DNA from: Marsupella aquatica
Taxonomy: Eukaryota; Plantae; Marchantiophyta
NCBI GenBank assembly: GCA_973895155.1
Contig: OZ316896.1
Location: 17,720,754-17,784,753, forward strand
Length of the DNA stretch: 64,000 bases
Reading direction: 5' to 3'
Shown: one piece after another, positions 25,901-40,500 of the stretch
Layout: each line of letters starts with the position of its first letter
Position numbering within the stretch: position 1 is the stretch's first letter
The notes under the pieces: model-generated
Seen by the model: only the letters and a program-made list of their open reading frames with translations
The model's database searches: none
What the model was told of the DNA's origin: nothing
Program-made: the position numbers and the translations under genes

Positions 25901-28900
25901 CGGTTGAAAGTTGTTTCTGCACATGATCTTGCTGCTTCAGACATCGTGTTGACAACCTATGATACACTTAGGACGGATTTGTCTCGTGACTCAGATAAGA
26001 CAAAAAGTAACCAGCGATCACTGCGATATTTCAAAAGGTGAGGACTTTGATGGAGTTGACCTCATGGCTGGCCTTGCTGCAATCACTTTGAGTTGTCATG
26101 ACCTTTCTGAGAAGATCAGGCGACTGTTCTTCCAATGAGGTCCTTCTAGAGTGCGAACAGTGAGGTTCGGGAAGGTCACATGAATCGTAGCTTTCTTATT
26201 ACAGTTTTTTTTTGAAAGGGGAAAAGAAGACATGTTATTGTGAAAGGGGTTGAGCCAAGTGTTCGTATTATCTAGTCCCACATACCAGCCATATCAGCCT
26301 TTTCCTGTAGGCTTCCAAGGAATTTGTCAAGTCTTAATTTTAACAAAATGAATCTCATCCCTACTCGGCAGGTATCCTGTGGTTTCAACACCGTTAACAA
26401 GGTTACGGTGGTGGAGAGTGTGTTTGGACGAAGCACAGATGGTAGAGGGCAGCACCGCAAAGGCCACTGAGATGGCTTTACTTCTAGATGCTCAAAATCG
26501 TTGGTGTGTGACTGGGACACCGATTCAACGTGGTCTTGATGATCTGTTTGGGCTTCTTCGATTTCTTCAGGCAGAACCGTTCAACGAATATCACAATTGG
26601 AATCAGTTCTTACGGCAACCTTATGAGGTATGACCTCAAATATGGATACAAACCTGTTGGACTTTTAGTGATTGGTCTTTGAGATGCATGTATTTGTGCT
26701 CACATGTATAAGTAGCTGGTAAACCTCTTTGGTTGACATGTCTGGGTCGCCACTCTCGTTGCTGCGAATCCCAGAGAAATAGCTGATTGCTGAATGTTTG
26801 GTTACACAGGCTGGTGATGCAGATACAGTGAGCTACATGCATAAGTTTTTGGGTCTGTTAATGTGGCGATCAACAAAATTACTGGTGAAGGATGAGCTAA
26901 ACCTTCCACCTCAGGAGGAGCGTCTTTCGTGGTTGCGTTTCTCGCCAATTGAAGCTCATTTTTACCGTCAACAGCATGAGAAATGTGCAGCTAAAGCTCG
27001 AGAGATGATAGCAAATTACGGTCGACAACGCAAGCAGCATGAAGTTCCAAATACTGGACGAGCTACTGTAACTCAGTCGGCCGTTCCAGTTTCCACTGGA
27101 ACTCAAGGACGTCAAACAAGTTCTCCGTCGGACATTGGACGAAGTAATAATTCTGCACCTGTGGTGGAGCAAAGCAATGGAAGTCAGATTGCTGGAGTAG
27201 GTGCTGGTGGCGTAGGAACTGAAGATCGGACAAGCGATAGTTTAATTATAAAGAACAACCTCACAATCAGACATTCTGATGCAGACAGACCACTCTCACC
27301 CTCAGAATCATCTATACTCTGGACATCGTTATTGAGACTTCGTCAAGCATGCTGCCATCCTCAAGTGGGTAGTGCAGGAATAAGATCGTTGCAGCAGCGA
27401 TCTCCGATGACCATGGATGAGATATTGGAGGTGTGTATAGTGTTGAAAGAGTTCCCACATCTTTGCTTTGAAAATGGTCGGTGACGAAGCTTAGCTATTG
27501 CTTAGACCTCTGCAGTTTTCAACTTTGTTGTTAAACCTGTTTGTAAAATATGGCCACCGCAATGCACAACTTTGAATTTCACAATCTTCATCGGGCCATG
27601 GATAAGGTGCCTGGGTGACGGGTCCTCACGCTCTTTAGTGGTTTCCTGGTAATGTTGGATTTTAACTGGCAACAACTTTATTCTTCGAATAGTATTCTTA
27701 TGAATAAATGCATTTCTGTACCTGCAGGTGTTGGTGGACAAAGCCAAGCTGGAAGCAGAAGAAGCACAGCGAGTGTTGATAGGTGCCTTGAATGGATTGG
27801 CTGCGCTGGCAGCCATTGACAGTAACATTCCCTTGGCTGTATCAATCTATCGGGAAGCTTTAGCCTTAACAGAGGAGAACGCTGCAGATATCGATGTTGA
27901 TCCTTTGCAGAAGCTGCACACGTTGCATAACTTGGCTGATATTTTGGGAATATCCTTAAGCGATGCAAGCAAGGAGGGAGCGGTTTCCAGTGGTGGACAT
28001 GATGCTCAACTAACTCTTGTTGGACAAACGAATACTGGAGCTGCCGACCCTGGCACTCTACCAATACGTGAAGCAGAGTCAGTTTTCGGAACTGCTATTG
28101 AACATCGTGGTACAATTAGTGGTGAAATTCCGGTGGCTAATGTAAAGTCCAGGACTGCGACGAGGTTGAACTCATTCGGCTCAAACGAGCTCCCACGTCC
28201 AGTTGTAGGGGTACGATTGTTAGGTTCCAAAATACCGCGAACTCTGAGGGATGATGTTCTGGTCAAGCAATGTGATGAGATAAGGTCGAAGTACATGGCA
28301 TCGTTTCACGCAAAGCTAGCTAATGCACATGCAGAATTCGAGAATGCAAACCTACAGGTAAAATCTGCTGACCAAAAATAGTTTGAATTTTTTCTTGTGA
28401 CCCAACCGAATTCGTGTTTCTTTTTGTGTGATTCTCTTTCTCAATACAAGAACCTGCTAATAACACAATTTTTAATTTACGTTATGGGATATATTGTGAG
28501 CAGTAAGCAATTTTGCTATTGTGGCGCAATTATATTGATGATTGAAGAAAGGATTATTCGAGTTTTCCTAAAGATTGCATCTCAGTGGTTTTGCTCATTC
28601 GCAAGTCTTTTATTGTTAATCTGACGAAGTTACCGTGTCCATACTAGAGTTCTGTTGCTGTTCCTTAGGGAGTGTCGAGCTCGTCGTCGTTTAGAGAGTT
28701 CTTTGGTTCAGTGCTTAAGGTACTATTGAGCAGAGGTCTGTTGCAAGTTAATTTTTAACCAAGTTCTTATGCATCAGGTTACTAAAGCTAAAACAGATTG
28801 TGAGGAATCTGGAGGGACCAGCTGGTGGTTGGAGGTGCTGACTACGGAACAAAAACGAGTTGGAGGAGGGACGGACTTGGTGAACAAGATTCGAAGCCAT

Positions 28901-31900
28901 TTGCTGGAGACCGACAATCTGGGGAAGGCTGGTCGACATCAAAATGCATCAAGTTTAGCTCTTTTGTAAGCTATCTTCCTCTTTAGCGCCAGGGTTGTTG
29001 CGAATTATGGATGTCTATGCCGTGCTCACAACTTTGGTGACAATGTAGACAACGTAGATGCGTTTTCTCAGCTTTGGAAATGAAATGCCCGTATTGTTCC
29101 AATACCGGAAGACTTCCGAAATAAAAATTATCAGTACCAGTGGCTCCAATTGTACACATTTAGGCGGTGCGTTGGAGCTTATGGATCCTTGTCAGTGTTT
29201 GAATGTTGATGACTACAATCTTATACTTAGCATTTGGGTAAACGTCTTCCCAGATTCCGGGAGATTTCTGGACTAAAATACGTGGTGCAAAAGGAACTCG
29301 ATGCACTTGGCAGTGCACGAGACCAAGCGCTGGAGAGTCTCAACAGCTTGAATGTGGCTATGAAGAACCCTACAGCTCAAGATGCAGAGCGAATCTTAAA
29401 TTGTCCACGGGATTCTGAAAGCACAACTGGCTCTTTATGTGCACATTGTGAAATGGATGATCTCTTTCAGGTGCTGGGCCGGTTATGATGCACGTCGCCA
29501 TCTTGCTTCTTTTGACTGGTCATTTGGCACAAAGTCCACTTTGTCCTACACCCGGTGGATTCAAAGCTCGTCGTGCTATAATTGTCAATTATGTGCAATT
29601 AGATATATTGCTGACTGTACTCTTCCTGATCTTGATTCGCCATTTTCAAATTACTTTTGGCTGTATGTGCAATTTTGTAGGGTTTAATAATCAGTGGTCT
29701 CCTTGTATGATAGATTTATGAAAATAGATTGCTCCTCCTTCGAACGTCAGCTGCTGAAGCAGATGGGTTAGTCACTGCGGAAGACGCTGTCATTGCTCAG
29801 CATAGGATACATGCGTGCAGGCGCATCACTGGATCCAAAGATGTCTTTGCTGGTAGAAACCAGTCTAAGGAAGTGGACAACGATTTAATAAGGACTAGAC
29901 GGGGAGCTACTGAAGCAGAGGTTAGTCCTAGATCTGCGATTGAGAGATGTCTTAAGACCTGTTTTCTTTAATTTGTGGGTTGAGCCTGGCATGCCACAGT
30001 TGTGTAAGCCCTTCATGTCTATGCTTTAAATCTTAGATATAGAAAATTTTAGCCTAGGTTCTGCAAAGTAGACAGTTAGGTCCGCCTTTAGACTCGGTGA
30101 TCTTCCGTGGTCTTTGAATTGTCTGATAACTTGGTCATTTGCAAGTTTCTACAATTCTTGTACAAGCTAGTTTTCTGGTTATCCTTATGTTTTAGAGGCC
30201 GAATGCCAACTTGTCGTAAATGAAGGAATTGAGAAATTAAAAATTTGAATGTTTACGGTGATTACAGAAACATGAAGTGGTTCGACTGGAAAGAAAATTG
30301 CTGTAACTTTTAGGATAGCGCATGATCTCTAGTCTTATTAGATACAGGAAATCAGCTTTGGACTCAATATCTGCCGTTGTGCTGAGCTTGCAATTGAGTG
30401 CTTAAACTGACACTCATTGTTCTGTTTTAGGTACTAAGGGCACCATCAGAAACAGAACAGATATTGTCAATTATAAAATCACACGCAAGGAAAGTTGCAG
30501 GATTGAGTGCTGCTGCAACAAAGCACTTTCATATATTTGAGGTAATATAGGTCGTCTAATGTTGTAATGTGATAAGTGTTCACATATCTTTGTGGACCTT
30601 TTAGAAGCTTTCTAAATATATTAAGACAATTTGCTGGCAGTAGTTCCGTATGCAGAGGTACTGGCCCTTATGCACGTGCTTGAACTTGGTTTAAGTGCAT
30701 GGCAGGCCCAAGCATTGAGCCCTCAGGTTGACTTTATCGGCGTATTTTTCTGAGCATGGATTCAAAGCGACAAAGTCACTGATCATATTTTTCTCTTGAG
30801 CAGACATCTTTTGAACTAAACATTATAGGATGCCATGTCCAACCTTTAATTGTCCATTGGTAATCTTGGTCCCTCAAGTCAGGTTGTCCTTTTACTGCAG
30901 ACTATGAAGAAGGAGTATTGGCAAATGAGAGCAATGGCCAAGCTACAACGAGAAATCCTCTATGCCCTGGATGAGCTGAATATGGCAACCACTCGCCTCA
31001 CCCTGCAGCTTCCAGGTGAAGTGGTTGACAACGAGGTTGAAAAACTGGTGAAGTTGCCTGCCGAGGAAGTTGCTCAGAGAAATGTGCAATTAACCAGTGA
31101 AAAATTTGATGCCCTCAAGGACTTCTCACGAGCGAAGGGACAACTTCGTTATCTTAAGGTGAGAAGTCTGTCGTAGATTAGAGTCGAGATAATTGGAGTC
31201 GAGAAACAGTCATGAATTAGATAACAGGAGTCTACCTTTGTGTCGAGGCACCCACTTCTAGACACACTTAGTAGAAACGGAGAATTACTGTTGGTTCGCT
31301 ACTCTCTTTTTTTATGAACAGATTATTGGTCACGGACGAGATTTGACAGAAACGGACAGAAGCTTTTTAGTTCATACATGTATGTCAAGTGCAATCTCTG
31401 AGGATTGGTTTTGTTCCGTTATGCTCAGGGCTTGTCCTGCGCGAGGCAACAAGAAGAGAAAAGAAGACGTAGTTCAGGCAGTACTGAAACTCTTCCTGAA
31501 TCCCATCCAGGCAGGGCCAAAACCACTGAAGGCTGGCATCATGATGAGGAAACTTGTCCAGTGTGCCACGACAAGCTGGGCTCACAGTTGATGGTGCTGC
31601 CTTGTGGTCATCTCCTTTGTTGCAAATGTAAGAATTTTTCAAGTTCTGAATATCAGGATTCTGTTGGATTTATACGCATGTAAATCCAGTTGACTGGGTT
31701 CCTTCGTTTTCTGCAGGCTCTATGGTCATGATTGAGCGAACTGCAACTCCACCGAATGGAAACTCACGAAAGTGCATCCATTGCCCCACTTGTCGGCAAC
31801 GCACATTTGTGGGTGACATTGCGTTTGTTGACAACGGAAGTGAGAGGAATGAAATTGCCACACAAATGGGTCAGCTTCATGAAGGTGCTAGAGCAGATGA

Positions 31901-33422
31901 GGAAGCATCATTACAAGTCAAGGGCTCCTATGGAACCAAGGTAAGGATTTATCTCCGTATCTTTCTGGTTCTAGCCCTTTGTGGAGTTTTTTGAACTTTT
32001 CGATCAGTTCAATTTCTGTTGGTAGTAACGCATCATATCGATTTAGGGATGAGTCGCGAATTCCGGATTGTCCTTTTGCTGATGACACAGATAGAAGCTG
32101 TCGTAAGGAGGCTGCTGTGGGTGAAGTCAAAAGATCAAGATGCTAAAATTCTTATCTTCTCTACATGGAACGAGGTGCTAGATGTTATTCAGCACGCCCT
32201 GAAGGTTAACAGAATCACCTTTGCGCGAGTTAAGGGCCCAAAGTAAGGTTTTGCATGCTACTCTGGATCATTAGCTCATCGTGTTTGGTATTATTTACGG
32301 TTTTATCGTGGTGGTTCATACGAAAATTCACTGGATGTGTATCCTAAATGTCGGCAACAGCAGCGCTTGCGTATTCTTATAGAACAAGCTCTTGTGAGAA
32401 CGTATTCACGTGAGAACCGTTGCTTCCGTGCTGTAAAGTGTGTCATTAGCAGGTACTGATTTTGCAAACTGTGATCGTAAAACTTGTAGGCAACTGTATG
32501 CGAATCCTGAATTGTTTGTAGTGCAGATTTCTAGCCTGGCCTTTCACTGTCGATTGAAATTCTTACGTACTGTCTTGCTGTTTATCCATATGAAAATGTG
32601 CAGATTGAATGAGCCCATTCTACAATTCCGAGGCATACCGTTTCACACTGCAAAATCCAGGAACAAGAAACTAAGGGCCTTGGAGAATATTAATGTGTTG
32701 TTGTTGCCCATCGAGCGGGGAGGAAATGGACTCAACCTGGTGGAAGCACAGCATGTGATTTTGGTGGAACCTTCGCCAAATCCAGCACTTGAAGCACAGG
32801 CAATCAACCGAGTTCACCGCATTGGTCAGACCCGCGATACTTGTGTACACAGATTTATTGTGAGTGATCCTGCCCGTTTATAATTAGTTCATGAATTGCT
32901 AAATGGTTATGGCTGATAGGATATGGAGAGGATTGCTTCAACTTAGTGGGAAATGTGAACAACTCGGATAACAGTTCGAGTAATTCCATTCTTTAGAACT
33001 AATGACTTCTTCTCCATACGAATATTTGGTGTCATGATTTTGAAGCGACACCGCTACTGCAAGCTTTCTCTAGTTGCAAATGGCACATGCTCGTTTGAAT
33101 ACAGAAAAATAAATCCATTACTGAAAATTTTAATGTACAGGTGAACGATACTGTGGAGGAGAGTGTCTACTGGCTCGGTAGGAGTAAAGCAGAGCTTGCA
33201 GAGAAATTCCCGGGTTCTGCTTTTAGGAGTAAAGGCCAGTTTGCTCTAACGCTAAGTGATGTGACTGCCCTATTTTCTTCCGAGACCCTTGCGGAAGCCG
33301 ACGGAACTTCGTTGGCAGCACAGCAATCGAATGTCTCGGCACTTACACCTGCAGCGGCTGCAGCAGCTGCTGCTGAAGCCCGGCTAAGACAGCAAGTGGC
33401 TTCGCAACAAGTCATTGCATAG
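22922..33422 (+). CDS. SHPRH: E3 ubiquitin ligase SHPRH (SNF2 helicase, PHD, RING, helicase-C), multi-exon
   Basis: Start MVRRKQPRP; LRPYQRRAAFWM; GGILA|DEMGLGKT split by an intron; PHD (ECACG..WVQCDVCDAWQHSTC..CGAC); WWRVCLDEAQ; WCVTGTPIQ; LLRLRQACCHPQ; RING CPVCHD..LPCGHLLCCKC..CPTC; GNGLNLVEAQ; QAINRVHRIGQ. First exons 22922-22976, 23198-23996, 24295-24579 and 24777-24838 have GT-AG junctions; last exon 33141-33422. Confidence 0.95.
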
Positions 33423-33767
33423 AGAGAAAATTGTTACAATATCGAATTTTTCATACAAGCGAAGAAGTCTTCATTTGTCTACTGTGATCCAACATCTAAA
33501 GGTTAAGAGTTGAATCACAGCTGACCAAAAACGCGGCCTCAAGGTTTTTGTGCTGGTGCCCATTTTCTCTGACCTTTCAAATTCCACGGAAGTTCTGTGA
33601 TGCCATGACACCCATATAATGGAAAGAGGCAAAAGGCCCTGATTTGAAGCCTCTTGAATGCATGCATGGCATTTAGGTGAATAAGAGACTGGAATTTGAA
33701 TGTCGTCCAAAGTGTAATAATGTCTAATGAGCGCCATACTTTCATGAGTATTTTTGTGGAACAAGTT

Positions 33768-34599
33768 TGTAACGACGGTGGAGTGAGTCCCCGTTCACTT
33801 AATGGCGAACGACTTCTCGCCCCCTCTCCCTCCCTTTTTCCTCTCTCCCCACTTCTCCCCTTTCCATTTCCTCCTCTCACTCTCTTGGACAGAAGTATTT
33901 TAACTGTTCTCCAAGTGTAGGATTTGTGGACAAAAATCCATACTCGATTCTGGTCTTCCAGTGCTCTACTTTAGAACAAAGCCTATCTGATCAAGAGCAA
34001 CTTCACGATTCTGTTCTCAATCAATCCCATCTTTGTGAAACGTGCAGTGACTCTGATTCTCGGGCCCTTTGTGGACCAAAGAAAGTGCCGCAAGAAGCTA
34101 TCCTCATGTTCGCCAAAAACGGAAAAAAGGTTGCCTTCGTGTGTTTGCCAACTATGCTGATATGTAGACTGCACCATAAGTAGCTTCCTGACATCAGCTT
34201 TTGGACACTTTGCATCCAAGTGTGGGAATGCAGATCGGAATATGGAACAGTAGGCACAAGCGAACACATTGGAGAGTGCAACCTGGAACCCAACGTGAGT
34301 CCAACCATGACAGTCACAGCTTCCGAGATTTTGCCTCTTCCATAGCTTCGTTCGCTTCTTTGACAATTTTTGTTTGTTTGTCCGACAGTCACAGTCTCTG
34401 AAATCGAGGAATCTATCCTCTGCCCTGTTTAGCCTCTTCCATGGCTTCAGCTATTTCCTTCGGAGTCATTGTTTGTTTCAGCCTGTCCTGAAATCTCAGA
34501 AGTTCATCCTCTACCCTACGCAGTGCCCTCCAGCGGTGAGCTGTGTACAGTCCAAGACCACCTATTCCTCATGACAATGCTCTATCAGAATTCGTTACA
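33768..34599. mobile_element. Possible solo LTR or repeat bounded by TGTAACGA...TCGTTACA
   Basis: 8-bp inverted termini of the TGTAAC/GTTACA type seen in Gypsy LTRs; non-coding; no matching TSD found. Confidence 0.3.
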
Positions 34600-36597
34600 A
34601 AAAATTATTGCCTCTTGAAGGCAAACCGAGAATTCGCATAATTCACAATAAGATCCAACATACTTTTATCAAAAGCAATGAGTACTGCAATGCCAGGACA
34701 TGGATGTCAAAGAAGCTTCCGTAGACCCAGACATGTGGTGGCCAGTCTCCAAATTGGAAACGACGAGAGAACGACTACTAACAAACTGGTGATCAGAATC
34801 CAATGCTACCCGAACCCAATGTAGATCTAGAAACACCACATAAAAGCGGAGCTCCACCCATCAAGTCGAGTTAGACTTACCAAAGACCACGATGTACGAA
34901 CCCCACACATATGGGTACGAATGGAAGTGATCCCTAGTTCTCAGCCATCGATCCTCCAGAGTGTGCATCACCGACTGCCGCTGAGGTACCTCTCTCTCGT
35001 CTTCCATGACCTCACTTCCGGAGCCCTCTCTCCGTCAGGTCAGGGTTTAGAGGAAGGCAGGCGCAAAGAGCTCCCTCCCCCAGTTATCAGTGCAATGGGC
35101 TGGATGCAAGAGCTGTGAACTTGAGAGCAGCAATGAAGGAATACAAGCTCGACCTGCATCAGAAATGGGGTTGGAACAGACCAATTACAAGATTCGGCAC
35201 CCTTATTGCAATCTGATTTGCTGTCCTCACTTTCGTCTTCACCTTGTCCAGCACCTTGTACTCGAAAACGTTTATGGTTAAGGACAGGGGCTACCTTAGC
35301 CTTCAAGGTCAGATTAGGGCCTGTCAAAATTCTCCTATAACCAAAGTGTTAGGATTTTATTTTTTGGGGACGTACCACCTTTACATATGGGGTATATATT
35401 CTATATATTTTGGTAGCCATAGTGATTATGTCTTGGCTGTAATAGCTTGTCCTGAACTGTAGTTACAGTTGTGCTTTGACACAGCCTATTATTATGGTCC
35501 TTGTCCATTGATAAAACTCCAACTGCAACGTCTGGTTACAAGATGTCTCATTACAAGATCTACTATAGTTGTGCAGAGCTGAGGGTTTGGAAACACTTTG
35601 AAAATCCTGACAGAGTCAATGTGAGCCAATCATAACTAAACACATAACCTGAAAGTATGATCAATAACATACGTATTCCTTTATGAGCATATGGTCTCCT
35701 GTATTTCTCCCTGCATATGTGGGTTGACATATGGTCACCCTATACCTTGTAAAGGTCACCATACGCCCTTAATCCTATACATTATGGTACATTTTGGTTG
35801 ACCGTATGTCCACCCGTGTCACTCGCCTGTTTTTGGTACTTACATACTTATTTATACACAGGGTTTGGGCAGCAGCCAGCAGGCAGCAGGTATGGAGAGT
35901 CATAAATGACTTTGGTGGGACCATTGGCCTGAACTAATTGAGGGTAATGTCGGGGCTGTCAATACCCAACACTATTTTAGCAGTGTTTCACAACTATGGC
36001 CACTAAAAACTGACCACGCACCCTTAACCTACAGCTCAGGAAGTATTCTAGTCATTATGGTACAAATTGGCATGATTTCTGGGTCCAGGGAGCCTGGAAA
36101 GTGGGACCCCTTGGCTCCAGGCTAATCCCCTGGTCAACTGACCACAGCCAACTGGTTTTTGGTGTGCCACGAGCTTCAAGGCTAGACCCAGAGTATTTGA
36201 TTCCGAAAATTAGTTTGTGGACCCTTACTTTTATGCTTGTGAGTAGTAAAGTAATGCATGCTTTCCCACAAAGGTTCTTGCAGTTCATAATTTTCCAAGT
36301 TGGCGCAAGTAACCCTTTGTCTTACAGCCCACTATGCCTAAGCAGGAGGGTTCTTAAGACTAGAGCGAGAAAGAGTAATGTTAGCAAAGCACCCATGACA
36401 CCACCATAGTTATTTAAGCTTACTGATTTTGGCTCGAATATGGATATTTTGTGTTGCTAGGATCACCAGTTTTTGTCCAAAATTTGGGTTTTATGAAAAC
36501 ATGGCACAAAATTTAAGACAGTCAAGTTTTGGCAATGAGGACTAAGTTTGAGGTATTTGCTTGATGGACCAAGAGTTGTTTGATAGGACTCCTGAGA

Positions 36598-36786
36598 CTT
36601 TGGGTATGTGTATGTAAAGTCAATCAAGGGTTTGGATCGCTTAGGACCAGGCCTTTGATTTTGGGTATGTGTCTTTGATTTTGGGTATGTGTATTGAAGG
36701 TCTATCAAGGGCTAGGATCGCTTAGGACCAGGCCTTTGATTTTGGGTATGCATTTTTTGAAGGTCTATCAAGGGTTTGGATCACTT
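36598..36786. repeat. Degenerate ~61-bp tandem repeat, ~3 copies
   Basis: Repeating TTTGGGTATG...TCAAGGG..GGATCGCTTAGGACCAGGCCTTTGAT. Confidence 0.75.
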
Positions 36787-37534
36787 GGGAGAGTACCATC
36801 AAGTAACACTTATCATTTTGGGGTCCCAAGTCCTGTCAAGTAACACTTTTGGTTTTGGGTTGACCAGCCCTACCAAGTAACCCTTTTCAATTTGGGGTCC
36901 CATCATGAAGTGGTGGATGTTTAAGGGTCTATTCTGGTATGAAACAGATAAGTAATTTTTTCCCTTGCAAAACTTCCTGTTTGCACACATGGTAATGATA
37001 CCCGGCCGTGCAAGGAGAAAAGTCCAGTTTGCTCACATGGTAATGATACCCAGCAGTCCTATGGCAACATTAGGTACTGAGTTCCTTATATAGCTTTTAA
37101 ATAACAAGACCAGAATAGAACTTCAGATGTCAAAACAGATAAATGGTAATCTTTACAGATAACTGCTGCTATTGCCGCACTTGCTCGTCTCAATTCCCTC
37201 AGTAATAGAAGTCCTTGCAACAAGCGAATCTGACGAACTCTACTGCCTAAAATCTGCACAAGCCGGTCACAAGAGCAGGAACCTTTGCAGAAGATTATTT
37301 CCCACAAAAACTGAAAGACTAACTGCTGGACCTTCTTGATCCAACCCAGCAGGTTTCTTACTGTCCATTTCTTCCAAAGAATATTGACCTGGCAGACTAC
37401 AAATAATATAATGAACAATTGGAGGACACGAGAGAGACGGGAGGGGGGCGGGGAGGGAGGGTAGACAGACTCCATAAGTTTGCCTAGCGAAAACAAACTA
37501 CCACCAGCAGCATGCTTGTGGAAGAATCGCTACA

Positions 37535-40500
37535 TCAGCTGTCCGAAGTAATGAGTGAATGGAGGCCAAATATTAAAAATAATACCCCACCGCAGAAAGC
37601 AACCTGCAGCAAAGCCACATCACTGAGTTTTAGAGAGATGCCACTCGGAACCAATCCTTTCCTATTAGTTCAACATACACTAACAGCTTTGGTAACAACA
37701 AAGGCTATTCTAGGAAGCTCAAAGACTGGGTTTTGGTCACTCAAGTCGACCTATTCCTCTTCAACCAAGGAAAATCGACCTCCAGCCTTGCAATCCTGTT
37801 TGAGAAGTATCGACATAACTGCCAACACGACGCACTTCTGAAAAGTGGTGGTGAACAGGATCATGCTACTGCGACGCTAATCTCATTCATTCATATATAG
37901 AAAGATTAGATAGAAAAGGATCCTCACAGCTCTTTCTGATATCTGAGATGCCAGATGTTTTCCTCCAAACACAGCTGCAGTTGTGCAGATAGCATGGCCT
38001 CTGTAATGAAAACCTAGGAGAACGTGAGTACTCAAACATGCCAAACGTGTCTCTTTCCTCATCGCGAGATTTGAGATTTATCCAACTTCGACAAAAACCA
38101 ATCAAAATGCCTACATTTGAGATAAAACTTGAGTAGCCCTTGAGATGACTGCAGTATCCATAGTCATTTTCAACTATCTACTGCATCCTACCTAGAGGAT
38201 AGGACCCACTAAGCGCGGGGACATGCTGGTTAGAGCCTGCTTCAGTGTCCTGACAATGTTCCGGTAATGAACTCATGCATATCTAGCATCAAAATGCTCC
38301 AGGAGTATGGGAATGCGAGAGTGTGTATTGATACGTGACCTCATTTTCACGTTTAACAAACTAAAACACTATTTCTTGCAGAGGAAATCAACCCTGTTTG
38401 TGCATAATATTGCTAAGTGGTTCAGTGATAATGCTTGCTTAATCAAGCTTTGTTTTTGGTTCCTTCAACACAACTACACAAAGCCATGATTTATCAGTTA
38501 ATCCGCATCAAAGAATGTCAACTTGACTTGAGGACTTCTGCTTCTAGCAGGTTGTCCGACAAGAACAAACTTACATGATACCACCGAGAGCTACTCCTGC
38601 CACGCTCTCTTGAGCTGCCAAGCCAATCGTAGCAATCTGCAAAATGAGTGATAATCATCGTCAGCGTGGAACAATGAGTTACGTCAGACTTGCTGTTTTA
38701 CTGTTTGAACTTTTCTGTAGTCGTTGCTGCTAGGAGCCTCTCAGATCTCAGTAAATTCACTCCGTAACCGAAGAATGCTATACCTGGCTTCTGTCGCCCC
38801 ACTCTCCCAGGAATGTCAGGGTAAATGTCTGCATCATTATACAAGCCGAGCTTTAGCAGAAACGAACCACCGACACCAACAACTATGTTGCAGGAAAAAA
38901 GGCCGTAAGTTCTTTAAAGAAAATTCGAAAACAACTATGCAATCATGTAACTTTATTTAATGATCCAACTTGAAGTTTCCTTGAAAGTACCTCCAGAAAT
39001 ATCGGGGATAAGTACTGCTTGAGAATACTACTTTTCTCTTTCAAATCCTTGACCTACATTGAGCAGGATGTAGATTTGGTCAGGAAATCCATTATATATG
39101 TGTGTCGGATAAATTCCCTACCGAGATTTAAATTTTGAAATTGCACAACTTGATCCAAGATAGCAAGTACATATCATAAACCTACAGCTTGAGCCTTCTC
39201 AAAACTCTTCTTTACATCCTCCTTGCTCTTTCCCTCCCCATCCTGCAATTCAAGTCGATCACATTAGATCGTGTAGGACACTCAATCGTCCAGTGTGGCC
39301 TCCATCGCCGAGCAACTTTGTCCGGACTCTACTACTTTTATTGCATTAGCAAACCGTCATTCCTAGAATTAACTGCTTTCGCTTTTGACTGAAGATTTTG
39401 CCCTGATACCGGATTTGTGCCATGCAACAACATCTAGTACAGTTGTTATATCCATTAACCTTTCCACCTCATCGGGAAAATTGATCGGCACAAGTATATA
39501 ACGACTTCACAGTGAAAAACTTGAGTTCCACAATAGCGAAGGCATTCTTATAAACGGGACTCAGGCCAATGCATCACATTGAGTCATCTATCTATGAACT
39601 CTGAATCAAGCTAGTTCCCCTGGAACTGTGTGGCAATGTTGAACTCACCAGTTCAGCTTCAACTTCTGCTAATTCTGAAGACACTCTGCATTCATCATGA
39701 CCACCCCATAGTCACTGGTCACTTATGGCTCTCTCCCAGACAATAATTTAACAGAAAACTTTGCTAAACAGAAAATAGCACAATATTGCAAATGCACGGT
39801 TTCATTTTGTTTTAAATTTATATTGCGCATACACGTCGAATGCTAAAAAGGAAGGCATGTCATCATCATGACACTCCTACTTTCATGGCAGAGATACTCA
39901 GGCCCTAACCAAATTTGAGGGCATAGTTTTGAAACCTACCCTCCCTCGATTGTAAATCCGGTCCACAATAAACGCAGCCCAAAGAAAAAGAATAAAATTG
40001 TTGCTCCATTTTGTGTCAACCGGCGAGAAATCTATCTCCCCATCGTGCATAAAACGAAGTCAGGACAACCAAGTAGACAGGGATTCGTTCGTTTCTCAAA
40101 GTGATATTTTACGGTGAAAGTCAGCAACACAACAAAAGCCATATCAAGAGCTAAAATTAAACTCTTTTCAAGTATCTATCGATAACAGAAACTTCCTCTG
40201 ATTCAAGGATCACTACCCATCAAGAAGATAACTGCATACCAGATTTGGAGCTGCCCATCCAAATAAGGCCGAGAGGACTGTCATTAGCTGTCACAAGACA
40301 TAGCACACGCATAAAGATAATGACATCAATTTAATCGCAAGGGATAGCCACCGCCCCAAAAGCAACAGTGTACAGATAGCCAGCAATAAGTTTTAAGGGT
40401 ACCAACCGCAAGGGCTCCGAGGGCTCCAGCTAGTACTACACCTCGAGGATGCCGCATAGCCATCAGCTGGAAAACCACCAAGCCAGGGCTAAATTAAAAT